Virus record (IMG/VR): IMGVR_UViG_3300025277_000110
Coordinates: 1-28,826 of that record
Reading direction: 5' to 3' (one strand)
Length of the DNA: 28,826 nucleotides
Origin: a virus
Lineage: Duplodnaviria; Caudoviricetes
The translations under genes were made by a program, and so were the position numbers. The notes beneath the pieces were generated by a model. That model did not search any database. It had not been told where the DNA came from and worked only from the letters and a program-made list of their open reading frames with translations. Shown here one piece after another: positions 17,772 to 27,567 of this stretch. The first letter of the stretch is position 1. Each line of letters starts with the position of its first letter.

Positions 17772-20700
17772 ATGCCATTTAATATTAATGCTGAAAGAGA
17801 AAGACTTCAGCGTGGTGAAGGAATCTATGAGTCTCCTGTAAACGACTCCCCAGATTATTTAAATTCATTTCAATCTTGGCTTGATGGCCCAATTAATGAA
17901 AAATCTTGGAATTGGACTAGAGAAGCTTATAATAGATCGTTGCAGGGAATGGTGGATAAAATGTTAACAGGGAAGCAACGCTATAACCTTGATAAAGGTT
18001 ATAATCTTAATGTATTAGAAGATATAGGTTCAACTGCCCTTTCATTTATGATGCCACTTGACTTTCTTGCTATGGCTGCTGGTGGAGCAGCTGCTAGGGG
18101 TGGTCTTGCACTTGCTGGTGTAAATGTTAAAATGGCTAGGGCAGCAAGACAAATTGGAATGGGACACATAATTCCCCAAATGGCACAACAGGCTGGTGCT
18201 CTTTCTGTTTATGAGGGTGCTATAGGTGGTGTACAAGCTGCTATTGATGGTAATGATGTATGGGAAGGCGTTACTGATGGTGCTATGCATGGTGCTGTTC
18301 TTGGTGGTATTGCAGGTGGAGTTGGTGGTGGATTAGGATATGTAAATGCCGAGCTTATTCGTAGTTTTGAAGGTGCAGGTAAGCTTGCGGGGAAGTATGG
18401 AATGGGAACTAAAGAAGCTACTAAGATGCTTACTGGGACTGACCATGCTAAACTTATAGCTTCAGGTACTATAGGGCAAATAGGTGCTGAATCTGGTGTA
18501 TTCACTGCTGCTGAGCAATATGAAAATGTAATGAATGGTGGAGATTTTAGATACCAAGATGCATTAAAATCATACTTTAAAAACCTAGGTTTATTTGGTG
18601 TACTCAAAGTCAAGGGAAAGGTTGTAGAAAAATTATTTGATAAAGGAAACATGCATCTTGATATGCTTGAAGCTGCTGAGAGGGAAAAGCTTGGAGTTAA
18701 AGAAGATGGTGTCACATCTGAGGGCAGGGCTTTAGATAATATTTTACAGGGATACATAGCACAAGAAAGAAAATTAAGAGGCGAAGGTAAGATAGACCAA
18801 GCTGATCAGCTTCTTCGTGATATAGATATGCTATATGGTGAGAAGACTGGAGTTGATGCCGAGCATACTAAAAATTTAGAAGAGTATCGTGCCCTACGTT
18901 CTACCATTAATCGTATTAGAGAGTCTGGTGATATATCCGAAGATACAGTTGTAGATTTTAAAAATGCTTTAAATAGCTTAATTGCTGTTGAGGATAGATT
19001 AATAAAAAATGCTAGTGATGCAGTTGCTCCATTTTATAAAAATTCTAAACGTGACTTTGAAAGAACTTTAGATGACTTAGTTAAATTGTCTGAAGAAACA
19101 GATGGAAATCATGGCAAGGGTGAAGAAGCTCCGCTAGAGCCTTGGCGTAGAGAGATAATTGAATATGAAAATATTCTTAAAGATCAAGATGGGAAACCAA
19201 TTTTAATAGATGGAAAAACGCAGACACGATTTGACTTTAGTAAAGAGGGTGGCTATGATTTAGAGTCTATTGAGGGAAGGCAGAAAGCTACTAAAAGATT
19301 GGAGCAAGAACAGGATAGGCTTGCAGATTTAGAAGGTAGGAAAAAAGGTCAGACAATGAGTATTGCTGAGTTGCAAGGCAGAAGAGACCCAAGCAAAATA
19401 TCTAAAAAGGATGTTGATTCTATTATCCAACAGGCAAAAGAGGGTACTGGCAAACCATTAAAAACAAAAGAAGGGAGAGTAAAGACCCCAAAAGACAATG
19501 CTCTTATTGAAATAGATAAAGCATTTCCAGAGGCAGATGCGGAAGGAAAGCCTTTAAAACTTTCTAAAGTTGCTAGAACTCACAAAAATATTTTAGCTGA
19601 AGTTATTAATCAGTCACGTCAAAAGAATTTGCTTGGTGCTGTTAAAGAAACATCTGAATTTCTAAATTGGGTAGAAAAAAGATATAAAGAAAATATAACA
19701 AAGTTGAGTGATACTCAAATTAAAAATCTTGCAAGAGATTATGTTACTGAAAAACTAGGCTATGATGTTTTTGTTAGTAAGGCTGAGTGGAACAAGCTAG
19801 GCATCCCAGCTAATAAATCTAATTTTATAAGAAGCCAAGGAATACGTATTTATGATAACTTGTCTAAAATGTCTAATGCTGGTCTTGCAGATTTCCTTCC
19901 ACTAAGAAAAAGAATTACGGAGGGCTTAACAAAACCTGTTGTTGAGGGTGAGAGAGCTGTCGTTGTTGGAAAGGTTGGAAAGACACCAAGAGAGGCAATA
20001 GATGATGCTGCTGATTGGTCTAAAAAGCAAAGCAAGGTTGGAGAACTTAGTGGAGAGGGTGCATCTCTTGCAATAAGAGTTGCTAATTTATTTAGAGCTA
20101 GAACAGGGGAAATACGTTATCTTGAAGCGGATCAAGTAAATCCAGAAACAGGTGCAATTGGATTTAAAACTTCTAAAGATGGTAAAGTTCGTATAAAGGT
20201 AGATTTAGACCTTGCAAAAGATTTAGATGCCTACATGAAGGCTAATAATCTAAAAGGCAAAGAGGGTGTATTTAAAATAACTCCAGAAGAATTTGGTAAG
20301 ATAACATATGAGGCGGTTGAAAAATCTGGTGGAGAAATAAATGTCTATCAATCATTTGAGGGAGAGGTCTATGGATGGGGTGAGCCAATCCCTGGGGCAT
20401 TAACAGAAGGAAAAGGAATGACTAGGGCTTCTTTTGGTAGAAGTCCTGCTGAAATATATAGAAGAGTTTATGAAACTGAAGCAGATCAGGCTAGGTTAAG
20501 AGCTGCTGCTGAGGGAAGGGGGCATCAAACTACAATAGCAACTAAGCGTTATGTAGCTCCAACAGAAATAACAACTAAAGAACATAAACTTCAACTTGAA
20601 TCAGCTGCTTCCGAGATGGGAACTTCCCTAAAAGAGATGAAGGCTCAGATCAAATACTTTAAAGAAAAATATCCTGAGTTTGAAATATATTTAAAAGATA

Positions 20701-23700
20701 AGCTTGGTAAGTTTCAAGGTGAATATATACTTGGTCGTGTATCTGGCTATGTAGCTGAGATTGCTAGAGGGCGTGCTAGAGCTGATACTATTCCCCATGA
20801 AATATCTCACCACGTAGTTGATATTCTTCGTGCATTTGGTGATAAGAAAAGTAAAGACCTTATACGTGAAGGTGAAAGTAAATTTAATGGTGAAGAAGGA
20901 CTTGTACAATCTATTGGTGAATTTGTTGCAGGTAGAATGCGTAATAAATCAATGGCAAGTAAAGTTAAAAATTGGCTACAAAAGTTTTGGAGTAACATGA
21001 AAACAAAACTTGGTATTCATAATGAAGCAGATATTACTCGTCTTCTCGGTGAAAAAGTTCTTGAAGGAAAGCTTCCTGAAGGTAGATTGGTCGAGACTGC
21101 AACCAAATATCAAACCGCTCAAAATATTAGAAATGTAATGAATCGTATAAAAGTCAATGGGCTTGAAGATAAGGTTGATCCAAGTGTAAAAAGGAAGGCA
21201 AGGTTAGATGTATTTGGTACAACAAATTTAACTGGCAAACTTCACAAATATACTGTTGAGCAAGTAAGAGATTATGAAAAAATACTTACTGATGCTAAGG
21301 GTGGTGGTAAAAATAGTAGTCTTGCAAGACTTACAATACCTGATATTAATAAACAGTATCATGTATCTCCAGAAGCATCTACACAAATACTTAAACTTAT
21401 GGGTGTTAAAGATGGTATGTATGAGTATGCATCTAAAGAACAGGCTCAAGAATATTCTTCATACATACGTCAGCAGTATGATAAGCCAGTCCTTGAACGA
21501 TCCAACTTTGATGAAGTTCAGGAATTAGGAAGTAAGAAATTTAGTTGGAAACAATATGTATCAAGAGGTATGATGCCTGTATGGCTTGTTCTAAAAAACT
21601 ATGGTGGTGAACCTGGTAAGAAGATAGCAAAGAGCCTTTTAGATCACGAATGGGTAGAGCATGTTAAATACAGAGGGCCAGGAGATCAGGCTATGCATAC
21701 AATAAAGAAAAGACTTGGTAATAAAATAAAGTATATACATTTGTTTGATAAGGAGAGGGCTAAAAGAAATTATGATGAAGGTAATTTAACAGTAGAAGAA
21801 AGGTCTTTTTATGATAATGTCTTCGGCAAAAATCCAAATAAAAACTCTGATGAATATAAGGCTCATCAAACTTGGAATGCCTTATCAGAATTTTATTGGA
21901 AGTCATTAGAAACTGAACTTAGCAAGCATCAAACACCACAAGAAGTTAAAGATATAATGAAAGAACTTGATCGTAAAAAAGTTGATGGCTATATGACACG
22001 TAGGCTCACAAAGAAGGGTCTTGAATACATTGAAAAAGATAAAAACTTTATAGCTGATCTTGTTAATGAAAATATAAAGGGTGGAGCTGCAAGAGCTGAG
22101 GCTAAAAAAAGATTGAAAGTAGGTTCTGAAGAAGAAATTAAAATTCTTGAAGAACGATTAAAAGATATATCTACAAAAGAAGGTCAAGAGTTCTATGAAG
22201 ATGTTCGTACAGAACTTTATGATTCTATGGTGTATGGTTATGCAACTGTTAAAAATCCACATCTTATTGAACGTAATTCTTTATTGAAAGAACATGTTGA
22301 AGTAACAAATGATAAGGGTAGACTTGAAAAGATTAAGGTTTATGACGATTCAATGTCTGCTACTGCTGAGACTTATGTAACTAGAATGTCTAAGTATCTT
22401 GCAAGTGTACGTCTTTTCCCTGAGTGGACTGGTGTTGGTAGTAAGTATAAAATAGACATGAATAAACGTAAGATTATGGAACAAATGGAAACTAGACCTG
22501 ATATGGCTGGATATTCTATTAAAGCTATAAAGAGACAACTTGGAATTGACAAGACTGAAATGCAGGCACTTAATATGCCTACATATAGAGTGCTTGGTGC
22601 TCTTACACATACATCAGCAGCTCTCGGTCTTTCATCTCCTATGTCTGGTATAAAGAATTTACTTATTGGTATACCAAGATCAATAGGTGATTTTGGATTT
22701 TTAAATACAATGAGTGGTATCAAAAAAAGTTTCAGTTCACTGGCATATCATGAAGCAAGGCGTAGAGGAGAGCTTGAATATGGTGCTAAAACTTTAGAGC
22801 TTGGTACTATTGGTATTGGAAGATTTTTTAATCTTAGAAATATGTTTAAGTATATAAATTGGATGACACCTACTGAAAACTTCAACAGAATTGTATCTTC
22901 CCATGCTGGTCACTTATATTTTGCTCAAGCTCAATCTATACTTCGTGGCGAAGGTGGAATGTTTAAGATGGGCACAAATAAGAAGCGTATGCAAAGACTT
23001 ATGGAAGAACTTTGGCATTTAGATGCAGAAGAAATAAGCTTTCTTAAAAATGCAAAAGATTTTTCATCACAAGAAGCAATGTCAAAGCATGCAGAAATAC
23101 TTCATAAAGTAGGACATTTCTCTCACGTATCAGCACAAGGTGGAACATCTACTGTATTACTTCCTTTGTGGATGTCATCTAAGGAAGCAAAGCCATTTAC
23201 CTTGTTCCAACGTATTGCTACAGCTACTACAATTGATACTCATAGAAATTTTATAAAACCAATTGTAGAGTTTGGTAATATTATGCCACTTGCACGTGCA
23301 GCTTTAGCCCATTCTGTTAGTGGTGCAGTTTTATATGCCATGTATGATGAGCTATTTGGCAAAATTAAACCTGTCGGCTCTGAAAAATTACAGGGAGATT
23401 GGTTTAGCGATGTGATGATGAATCTTTGGAGATCAGAGTTCTTTGGAATGTTTGGAGAAGCTTTAAGTCCGCATGAAAAAGATTTAGCAGTTCCACTTAA
23501 TACTCCAATTATACTTAGAAATTTAAGCCAAGCTGGAACTGAGTTTAGACAATACATGCTTGGTGGTAAATCTCTCTCTCAAGCTGCAACAGATTATGCA
23601 AAAAAGACAGCTGTCATTGTTGGTCAATTTGGAGATGCCTTTCCTAAAGTACATTCATCTAAGTATTATAAAGACTTTATGCAGATACGTTCAATGAAGC

Positions 23701-24143
23701 ATAAATATTTAAAGGAAAAAGGTGAAGCACGTTATTCTGATGAGGGAGCAATTTCAAGAAGATCACCTTATTATAGAAATTTAAAATATGCAATGATGTT
23801 TGGGTCAGACGAAGATATTGGAAAAGAGTATTGGAAAGCTTTTAGTGCTATTGTAGATATGGAACTGCAAGATGACCCTTACATGCAACCTTGGAAAGTA
23901 GCTAAGAGCGTAAGGCAGTCTATAAAACAAACTATAAAACTATATGATCCTTATAATATATCTGATAAAATGGAAGGAACAACAAAATCTAAACAGCAAC
24001 AATTTTTAGATTGGCTTACTCCAGAAAATAAACGAATGGCTGAGTCTGTTAAAGCACAATATCAAGTTAGATTAAGAAGATATTTAAGAGTAATAGCTGA
24101 TCCTAAATGGAGAAATGAATGGTCAGCATTTCCTAATCTTTAA
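17772..24143 (+). CDS. Giant multidomain putative ejection/polyvalent protein containing a tyrosine-recombinase-like domain and a HExxH zincin motif
   Basis: 2123 aa, last gene of the virion operon; Gly/Ala-rich hydrophobic N-terminus; ARTGEIRYL, TSKDGK, EIYRR and GHQTTIATKRY motifs; TIPHEISHH...EEGLV; helical C-terminal half. Confidence 0.75.
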   Translation: MPFNINAERERLQRGEGIYESPVNDSPDYLNSFQSWLDGPINEKSWNWTREAYNRSLQGMVDKMLTGKQRYNLDKGYNLNVLEDIGSTALSFMMPLDFLAMAAGGAAARGGLALAGVNVKMARAARQIGMGHIIPQMAQQAGALSVYEGAIGGVQAAIDGNDVWEGVTDGAMHGAVLGGIAGGVGGGLGYVNAELIRSFEGAGKLAGKYGMGTKEATKMLTGTDHAKLIASGTIGQIGAESGVFTAAEQYENVMNGGDFRYQDALKSYFKNLGLFGVLKVKGKVVEKLFDKGNMHLDMLEAAEREKLGVKEDGVTSEGRALDNILQGYIAQERKLRGEGKIDQADQLLRDIDMLYGEKTGVDAEHTKNLEEYRALRSTINRIRESGDISEDTVVDFKNALNSLIAVEDRLIKNASDAVAPFYKNSKRDFERTLDDLVKLSEETDGNHGKGEEAPLEPWRREIIEYENILKDQDGKPILIDGKTQTRFDFSKEGGYDLESIEGRQKATKRLEQEQDRLADLEGRKKGQTMSIAELQGRRDPSKISKKDVDSIIQQAKEGTGKPLKTKEGRVKTPKDNALIEIDKAFPEADAEGKPLKLSKVARTHKNILAEVINQSRQKNLLGAVKETSEFLNWVEKRYKENITKLSDTQIKNLARDYVTEKLGYDVFVSKAEWNKLGIPANKSNFIRSQGIRIYDNLSKMSNAGLADFLPLRKRITEGLTKPVVEGERAVVVGKVGKTPREAIDDAADWSKKQSKVGELSGEGASLAIRVANLFRARTGEIRYLEADQVNPETGAIGFKTSKDGKVRIKVDLDLAKDLDAYMKANNLKGKEGVFKITPEEFGKITYEAVEKSGGEINVYQSFEGEVYGWGEPIPGALTEGKGMTRASFGRSPAEIYRRVYETEADQARLRAAAEGRGHQTTIATKRYVAPTEITTKEHKLQLESAASEMGTSLKEMKAQIKYFKEKYPEFEIYLKDKLGKFQGEYILGRVSGYVAEIARGRARADTIPHEISHHVVDILRAFGDKKSKDLIREGESKFNGEEGLVQSIGEFVAGRMRNKSMASKVKNWLQKFWSNMKTKLGIHNEADITRLLGEKVLEGKLPEGRLVETATKYQTAQNIRNVMNRIKVNGLEDKVDPSVKRKARLDVFGTTNLTGKLHKYTVEQVRDYEKILTDAKGGGKNSSLARLTIPDINKQYHVSPEASTQILKLMGVKDGMYEYASKEQAQEYSSYIRQQYDKPVLERSNFDEVQELGSKKFSWKQYVSRGMMPVWLVLKNYGGEPGKKIAKSLLDHEWVEHVKYRGPGDQAMHTIKKRLGNKIKYIHLFDKERAKRNYDEGNLTVEERSFYDNVFGKNPNKNSDEYKAHQTWNALSEFYWKSLETELSKHQTPQEVKDIMKELDRKKVDGYMTRRLTKKGLEYIEKDKNFIADLVNENIKGGAARAEAKKRLKVGSEEEIKILEERLKDISTKEGQEFYEDVRTELYDSMVYGYATVKNPHLIERNSLLKEHVEVTNDKGRLEKIKVYDDSMSATAETYVTRMSKYLASVRLFPEWTGVGSKYKIDMNKRKIMEQMETRPDMAGYSIKAIKRQLGIDKTEMQALNMPTYRVLGALTHTSAALGLSSPMSGIKNLLIGIPRSIGDFGFLNTMSGIKKSFSSLAYHEARRRGELEYGAKTLELGTIGIGRFFNLRNMFKYINWMTPTENFNRIVSSHAGHLYFAQAQSILRGEGGMFKMGTNKKRMQRLMEELWHLDAEEISFLKNAKDFSSQEAMSKHAEILHKVGHFSHVSAQGGTSTVLLPLWMSSKEAKPFTLFQRIATATTIDTHRNFIKPIVEFGNIMPLARAALAHSVSGAVLYAMYDELFGKIKPVGSEKLQGDWFSDVMMNLWRSEFFGMFGEALSPHEKDLAVPLNTPIILRNLSQAGTEFRQYMLGGKSLSQAATDYAKKTAVIVGQFGDAFPKVHSSKYYKDFMQIRSMKHKYLKEKGEARYSDEGAISRRSPYYRNLKYAMMFGSDEDIGKEYWKAFSAIVDMELQDDPYMQPWKVAKSVRQSIKQTIKLYDPYNISDKMEGTTKSKQQQFLDWLTPENKRMAESVKAQYQVRLRRYLRVIADPKWRNEWSAFPNL

Positions 24144-24760
24144 AGCAACCTCTTCATATCTTTTTTGAATATCTTAACTGCTGGCTCTTGTTTATCACAT
24201 GAGGATTTTTTAGTTTTTGACCCTACTAAAAAAGTTTCATACCCCTTAACTTTCCTTACATCAGAATAATAAACCCCAGTTTCATCATAGAAGAATACAA
24301 ATGAAGGGCAGTCATACAATCTAGCTGCATCCATAAGTACAAGATACTTTCTCACATTAAGAATGCCATAGTCTAATGGTTTTGACAGTCTTGTCTTATT
24401 ATCTCCAAAGCATCCCCTTCCATCTTTCTCTATGTAATAATCAATAGGAGATGTTTTAGGGTACTCAAGTACTCTGCATTTCCAAGTATTTCTTATAACA
24501 CTTGCAACATACTTCTGATTGTTCTCATCAACCTCATTTGAAAATGTTCCATCTTCATTTATTGATCTTGAATAGTACACATCAATTTTAGGTTTTCTTA
24601 CTTTTGTTTCGTTAGGTATTATTTCCACAGGTTCTCCATCTATATATTCTATTTCTCCAAATATTCTTCTAATATCTGGTAGTAGTTTATGACATTTGTG
24701 GTAGTCTCCATCACTATCACGAAAGTACATTGTAGGTATTAATTCTTTTAAATCACTCAC
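24140..24760 (-). CDS. Putative PD-(D/E)xK family nuclease
   Basis: PIDYYI...FGDNKTR core, LNVRKY helix and terminal QEPAVKI pattern of phage restriction-endonuclease-fold proteins; GTG start uncertain. Confidence 0.55.
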   Translation of the reverse strand: MSDLKELIPTMYFRDSDGDYHKCHKLLPDIRRIFGEIEYIDGEPVEIIPNETKVRKPKIDVYYSRSINEDGTFSNEVDENNQKYVASVIRNTWKCRVLEYPKTSPIDYYIEKDGRGCFGDNKTRLSKPLDYGILNVRKYLVLMDAARLYDCPSFVFFYDETGVYYSDVRKVKGYETFLVGSKTKKSSCDKQEPAVKIFKKDMKRLL

Positions 24761-24847
24761 TATTATGCTTTAGAAGGTCAATATGGGAGCAGATAAGCTC
24801 CGTATAGTACCCTATAAGCCACTTTCTCTATTTTTTGGTACATAACC

Positions 24848-25336
24848 CTACCCAGCACTTAACATAGCCTCTTTTCCGTACATAGCTATAAGTAATGCAT
24901 CAGCTGTACTTAGTGTTATTTTTTTAGTTTCAGGGTTTCTTTTCATAGCTATATCTTTTAATTGTTTCTTTCTAACTTGTTTAGGTAAGCCCTTCTTTAT
25001 ATTAAAATGTGCCTGCCATTCCTTTGGAGTTACATACCTTATCTCTAATTCATGTGAAGCAAGTATTCCTTGCCATTGTCCATAGTTAGTTCCAAACACA
25101 AAAGCTGTCTTACGTGCATCAGTTGGGAATGCCCATACCTTTTCTAAGAATACAGCAGTTCTATATGCTGCGACATCGTTGAGACACATGCCAATAAGTA
25201 ATGCCATGTCTTTAACTGTTGTTGGACACTTATATACTTTTGTAGTCCCATCCTTTTCTATGACTGCGACACCTCCGCTTTTTCCTGGGTCTATTCCAAT
25301 ACACTTTTTAAATGGTGCTTTAAAGTGGCAAGTCAC
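24848..25336 (-). CDS. RuvC-like Holliday junction resolvase
   Basis: IGIDPGKSGGVA, FLEKV, AFVFGTNYG, VTPKEWQ and ADALLIA motifs. Confidence 0.88.
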   Translation of the reverse strand: MTCHFKAPFKKCIGIDPGKSGGVAVIEKDGTTKVYKCPTTVKDMALLIGMCLNDVAAYRTAVFLEKVWAFPTDARKTAFVFGTNYGQWQGILASHELEIRYVTPKEWQAHFNIKKGLPKQVRKKQLKDIAMKRNPETKKITLSTADALLIAMYGKEAMLSAG

Positions 25337-26657
25337 TAGTTATAATCTCCTTTAATGGTGTATTAGAAGAAAACAGCTCTTCTTCTGAGTTATATATTTT
25401 ACACTTATCTCCATCAAAAGCCATAGCTATGTTACCTGTTTCTCCATATCTAACTTTAGCAGCTACAAGTACCATCTTATGTTTGTTCTCTGGTTTTTGG
25501 TCTAGCTTGTAGGGGTAAAACACGAAGAAAACGTTCTCCGCAACTTGTTCTATTGCTCCTGACTCTGCGAGATCAGAGAGCTGGGGTCTTTGATTACCTC
25601 TTGTCTCCAATGCCCTATTAAGCTGTGATGCTAATATTACTGAGCATTTGTACTCTTTTGCAATCCATTTGTAATCGTTAACTATTCGCTCAAGCTGAAG
25701 TCTACGTTGGTCTTCCTTACTTGCTGGTGTTATGAGTTGAATATAGTCATCAATAATAACATCGGGTTTAAACTTCTTTACCTCTGTAGCAGATGATGCA
25801 AAATCTCTAAGGCTATCATACATCCTAAATCTATCAGGGCTATATTTCTTTGCTATCATTTCTCTTGCATTGTCAAGTTCATTAAGTTGGTTTGCATCAT
25901 ATATTCCCTGCCGTATTAATGCATAAGATAGTTTTCCTGACTCTAATGCTAAGAGCTTTTTTAATACTTCAACGTTAGTTAGTTCCCTGTTAAATAAAAT
26001 TATTTTCTTTCCACTACTAAGGATACTACTAAGTAAGTTTAAAAGAACTGTTGACTTACCATGTCCAGGTCTGCCACCAACTATAGTAATTTCTCCCCTT
26101 GTAAGTCCGCCTGCAAACTTATCTATATTTTCAAAGCCTGTCTTTACAAGTAGTTTATCAGTATTCCTTATGGATTCAATAGCATCTCCAAGTGCCTCAT
26201 TAATATCAAATGTATTGTCTGGTCTTAAAGATATAAGCTCACCAATCTGTGTATGAGCATTCACTAAAACATCTAAAGCATTGACAGTATTCTCTTTAGC
26301 ACTCTTCTCTATTGATCTTGCTGATTCTGCTACAAGTCCAAGTAAATGCTTTTCATACATCTTTTTAGCATATACTTCAACAGCAGTATCTAAGCCACGA
26401 TTCTCAACACAGTCTACTATATATACACTATCTACTCCAAGCATCTTATCTTCTGTTTCAAGAGATGCTACTATCGTTATAGAGTCAACGTGTTCTCTTC
26501 TTTTTATCATGCCAGAGATTAGATTCCACAATCTTCTACATCTTACGTCACTCCAAACACTGTTATCTAATATGTATTTTGCTACATCATTATATCTATC
26601 TGGTGAACCTATAAGCGTTCCAATGACAGTCATTTCTATGTTTCTCTCTTCTGTCAT
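25320..26657 (-). CDS. dnaB: Replicative DnaB-like DNA helicase
   Basis: Walker A GGRPGHGKS, IIDDYIQL, ASQLNRALE, RPQLSDLAESGAIEQVAE and KVRYGETG. Start moved to ATG 26657 (MTEERNIE), just after the MTase stop, instead of 26714. Confidence 0.95.
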   Translation of the reverse strand: MTEERNIEMTVIGTLIGSPDRYNDVAKYILDNSVWSDVRCRRLWNLISGMIKRREHVDSITIVASLETEDKMLGVDSVYIVDCVENRGLDTAVEVYAKKMYEKHLLGLVAESARSIEKSAKENTVNALDVLVNAHTQIGELISLRPDNTFDINEALGDAIESIRNTDKLLVKTGFENIDKFAGGLTRGEITIVGGRPGHGKSTVLLNLLSSILSSGKKIILFNRELTNVEVLKKLLALESGKLSYALIRQGIYDANQLNELDNAREMIAKKYSPDRFRMYDSLRDFASSATEVKKFKPDVIIDDYIQLITPASKEDQRRLQLERIVNDYKWIAKEYKCSVILASQLNRALETRGNQRPQLSDLAESGAIEQVAENVFFVFYPYKLDQKPENKHKMVLVAAKVRYGETGNIAMAFDGDKCKIYNSEEELFSSNTPLKEIITSDLPL

Positions 26658-26658
26658 A

Positions 26659-27567
26659 TTAAAATAATTCCTTCTGTGCTGTCTTGGTGTTAATAAATCT
26701 TGCATAGTCATCATTTAATTCAATCCCAATCCACTTCCTCCCAAGTCTTTGTGCAACTGATGCTGTCGTTCCACTACCCATAAAAGGATCAAGAACAGTA
26801 TCTCCTTCTCTACTTCCTGCCTTTATACATAGCTCTGGTATCTTTTCGGGGAATACCGCAAAATGTGCTTCTCTAGATTGTGCTGTATTTATTGACCACA
26901 CACTACGTTTGTTTCTAAACTCTCCTGTTGGCTGCGATTCAGCTGCCATGCTAGCAGCAAGGTCTACATCTCTACGACTGTCTCCACGTGATGCTCTATT
27001 ATCACCTACATAAATAGCCTTTTCCTGTATAGCCTTATAGTCAAAATAGTAATGAGGTTTTAATGATAATAGAAATATGTATTCGTGAGATTTTACGCAC
27101 CTATCTTTAACAGCCTCAGGCATAGGGTTAGGTTTATGCCATATTATGTCTTGCCTTAGATACCAACCATCAGATTGTAGTAAGAATGCTAACATCCAAG
27201 GAACACCACATAAGTCTTTAGTTTTTAATCGTACATGTTTTGGTGGAGCTTTACGTTGCATCCTATATTCTCCACCTGTTTCATCATTTGTAATAGAGTT
27301 ACCACCTTCCCAATGCCCACCTTTAGCACCAAAGTATGTATCTCCAATGTTTACCCACAATGTACCGTCATCTTTAAGTACACGTTTACATGCTCTAAAA
27401 AACAGGGTTAATTTTTGTGCAAATTCTTCAGGAGTATCTTCATCTCCAAGTTGCCCATCACTATCATAATCTCTAAGACCCCAATAAGGGGGGGATGTAA
27501 TTATTGCTTGTACGGAACTTTCTTCAATTTCTTTTACCTTTTCAAAACAGTCACCAATTAGTAGCAC
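26659..27567 (-). CDS. DNA methyltransferase, N4-C/N6-A, beta class
   Basis: Motif IV TSPPY precedes motif I DPFMGSGTT; IIWHKPNPMPEAVKDR and HFAVFP also present. Confidence 0.93.
   Translation of the reverse strand: MLLIGDCFEKVKEIEESSVQAIITSPPYWGLRDYDSDGQLGDEDTPEEFAQKLTLFFRACKRVLKDDGTLWVNIGDTYFGAKGGHWEGGNSITNDETGGEYRMQRKAPPKHVRLKTKDLCGVPWMLAFLLQSDGWYLRQDIIWHKPNPMPEAVKDRCVKSHEYIFLLSLKPHYYFDYKAIQEKAIYVGDNRASRGDSRRDVDLAASMAAESQPTGEFRNKRSVWSINTAQSREAHFAVFPEKIPELCIKAGSREGDTVLDPFMGSGTTASVAQRLGRKWIGIELNDDYARFINTKTAQKELF

Noticed and set aside
27-23557. Numerous - strand and alternate-frame ORFs inside the virion genes (e.g. 2507..2980, 13106..13705, 18209..18757, 8226..8468)
   Set aside because: Shadow ORFs of long codon-biased genes; no recognisable motifs.
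24781-24805. Hairpin ggagc-agataa-gctcc as an intrinsic terminator
   Set aside because: Only a 5-bp core stem, with no adjacent U-tract on either strand.
26658-26714. Longer DnaB N-terminus given in the ORF track
   Set aside because: It overlaps the MTase C-terminus; ATG 26657 sits right after the MTase stop and matches a normal DnaB start.
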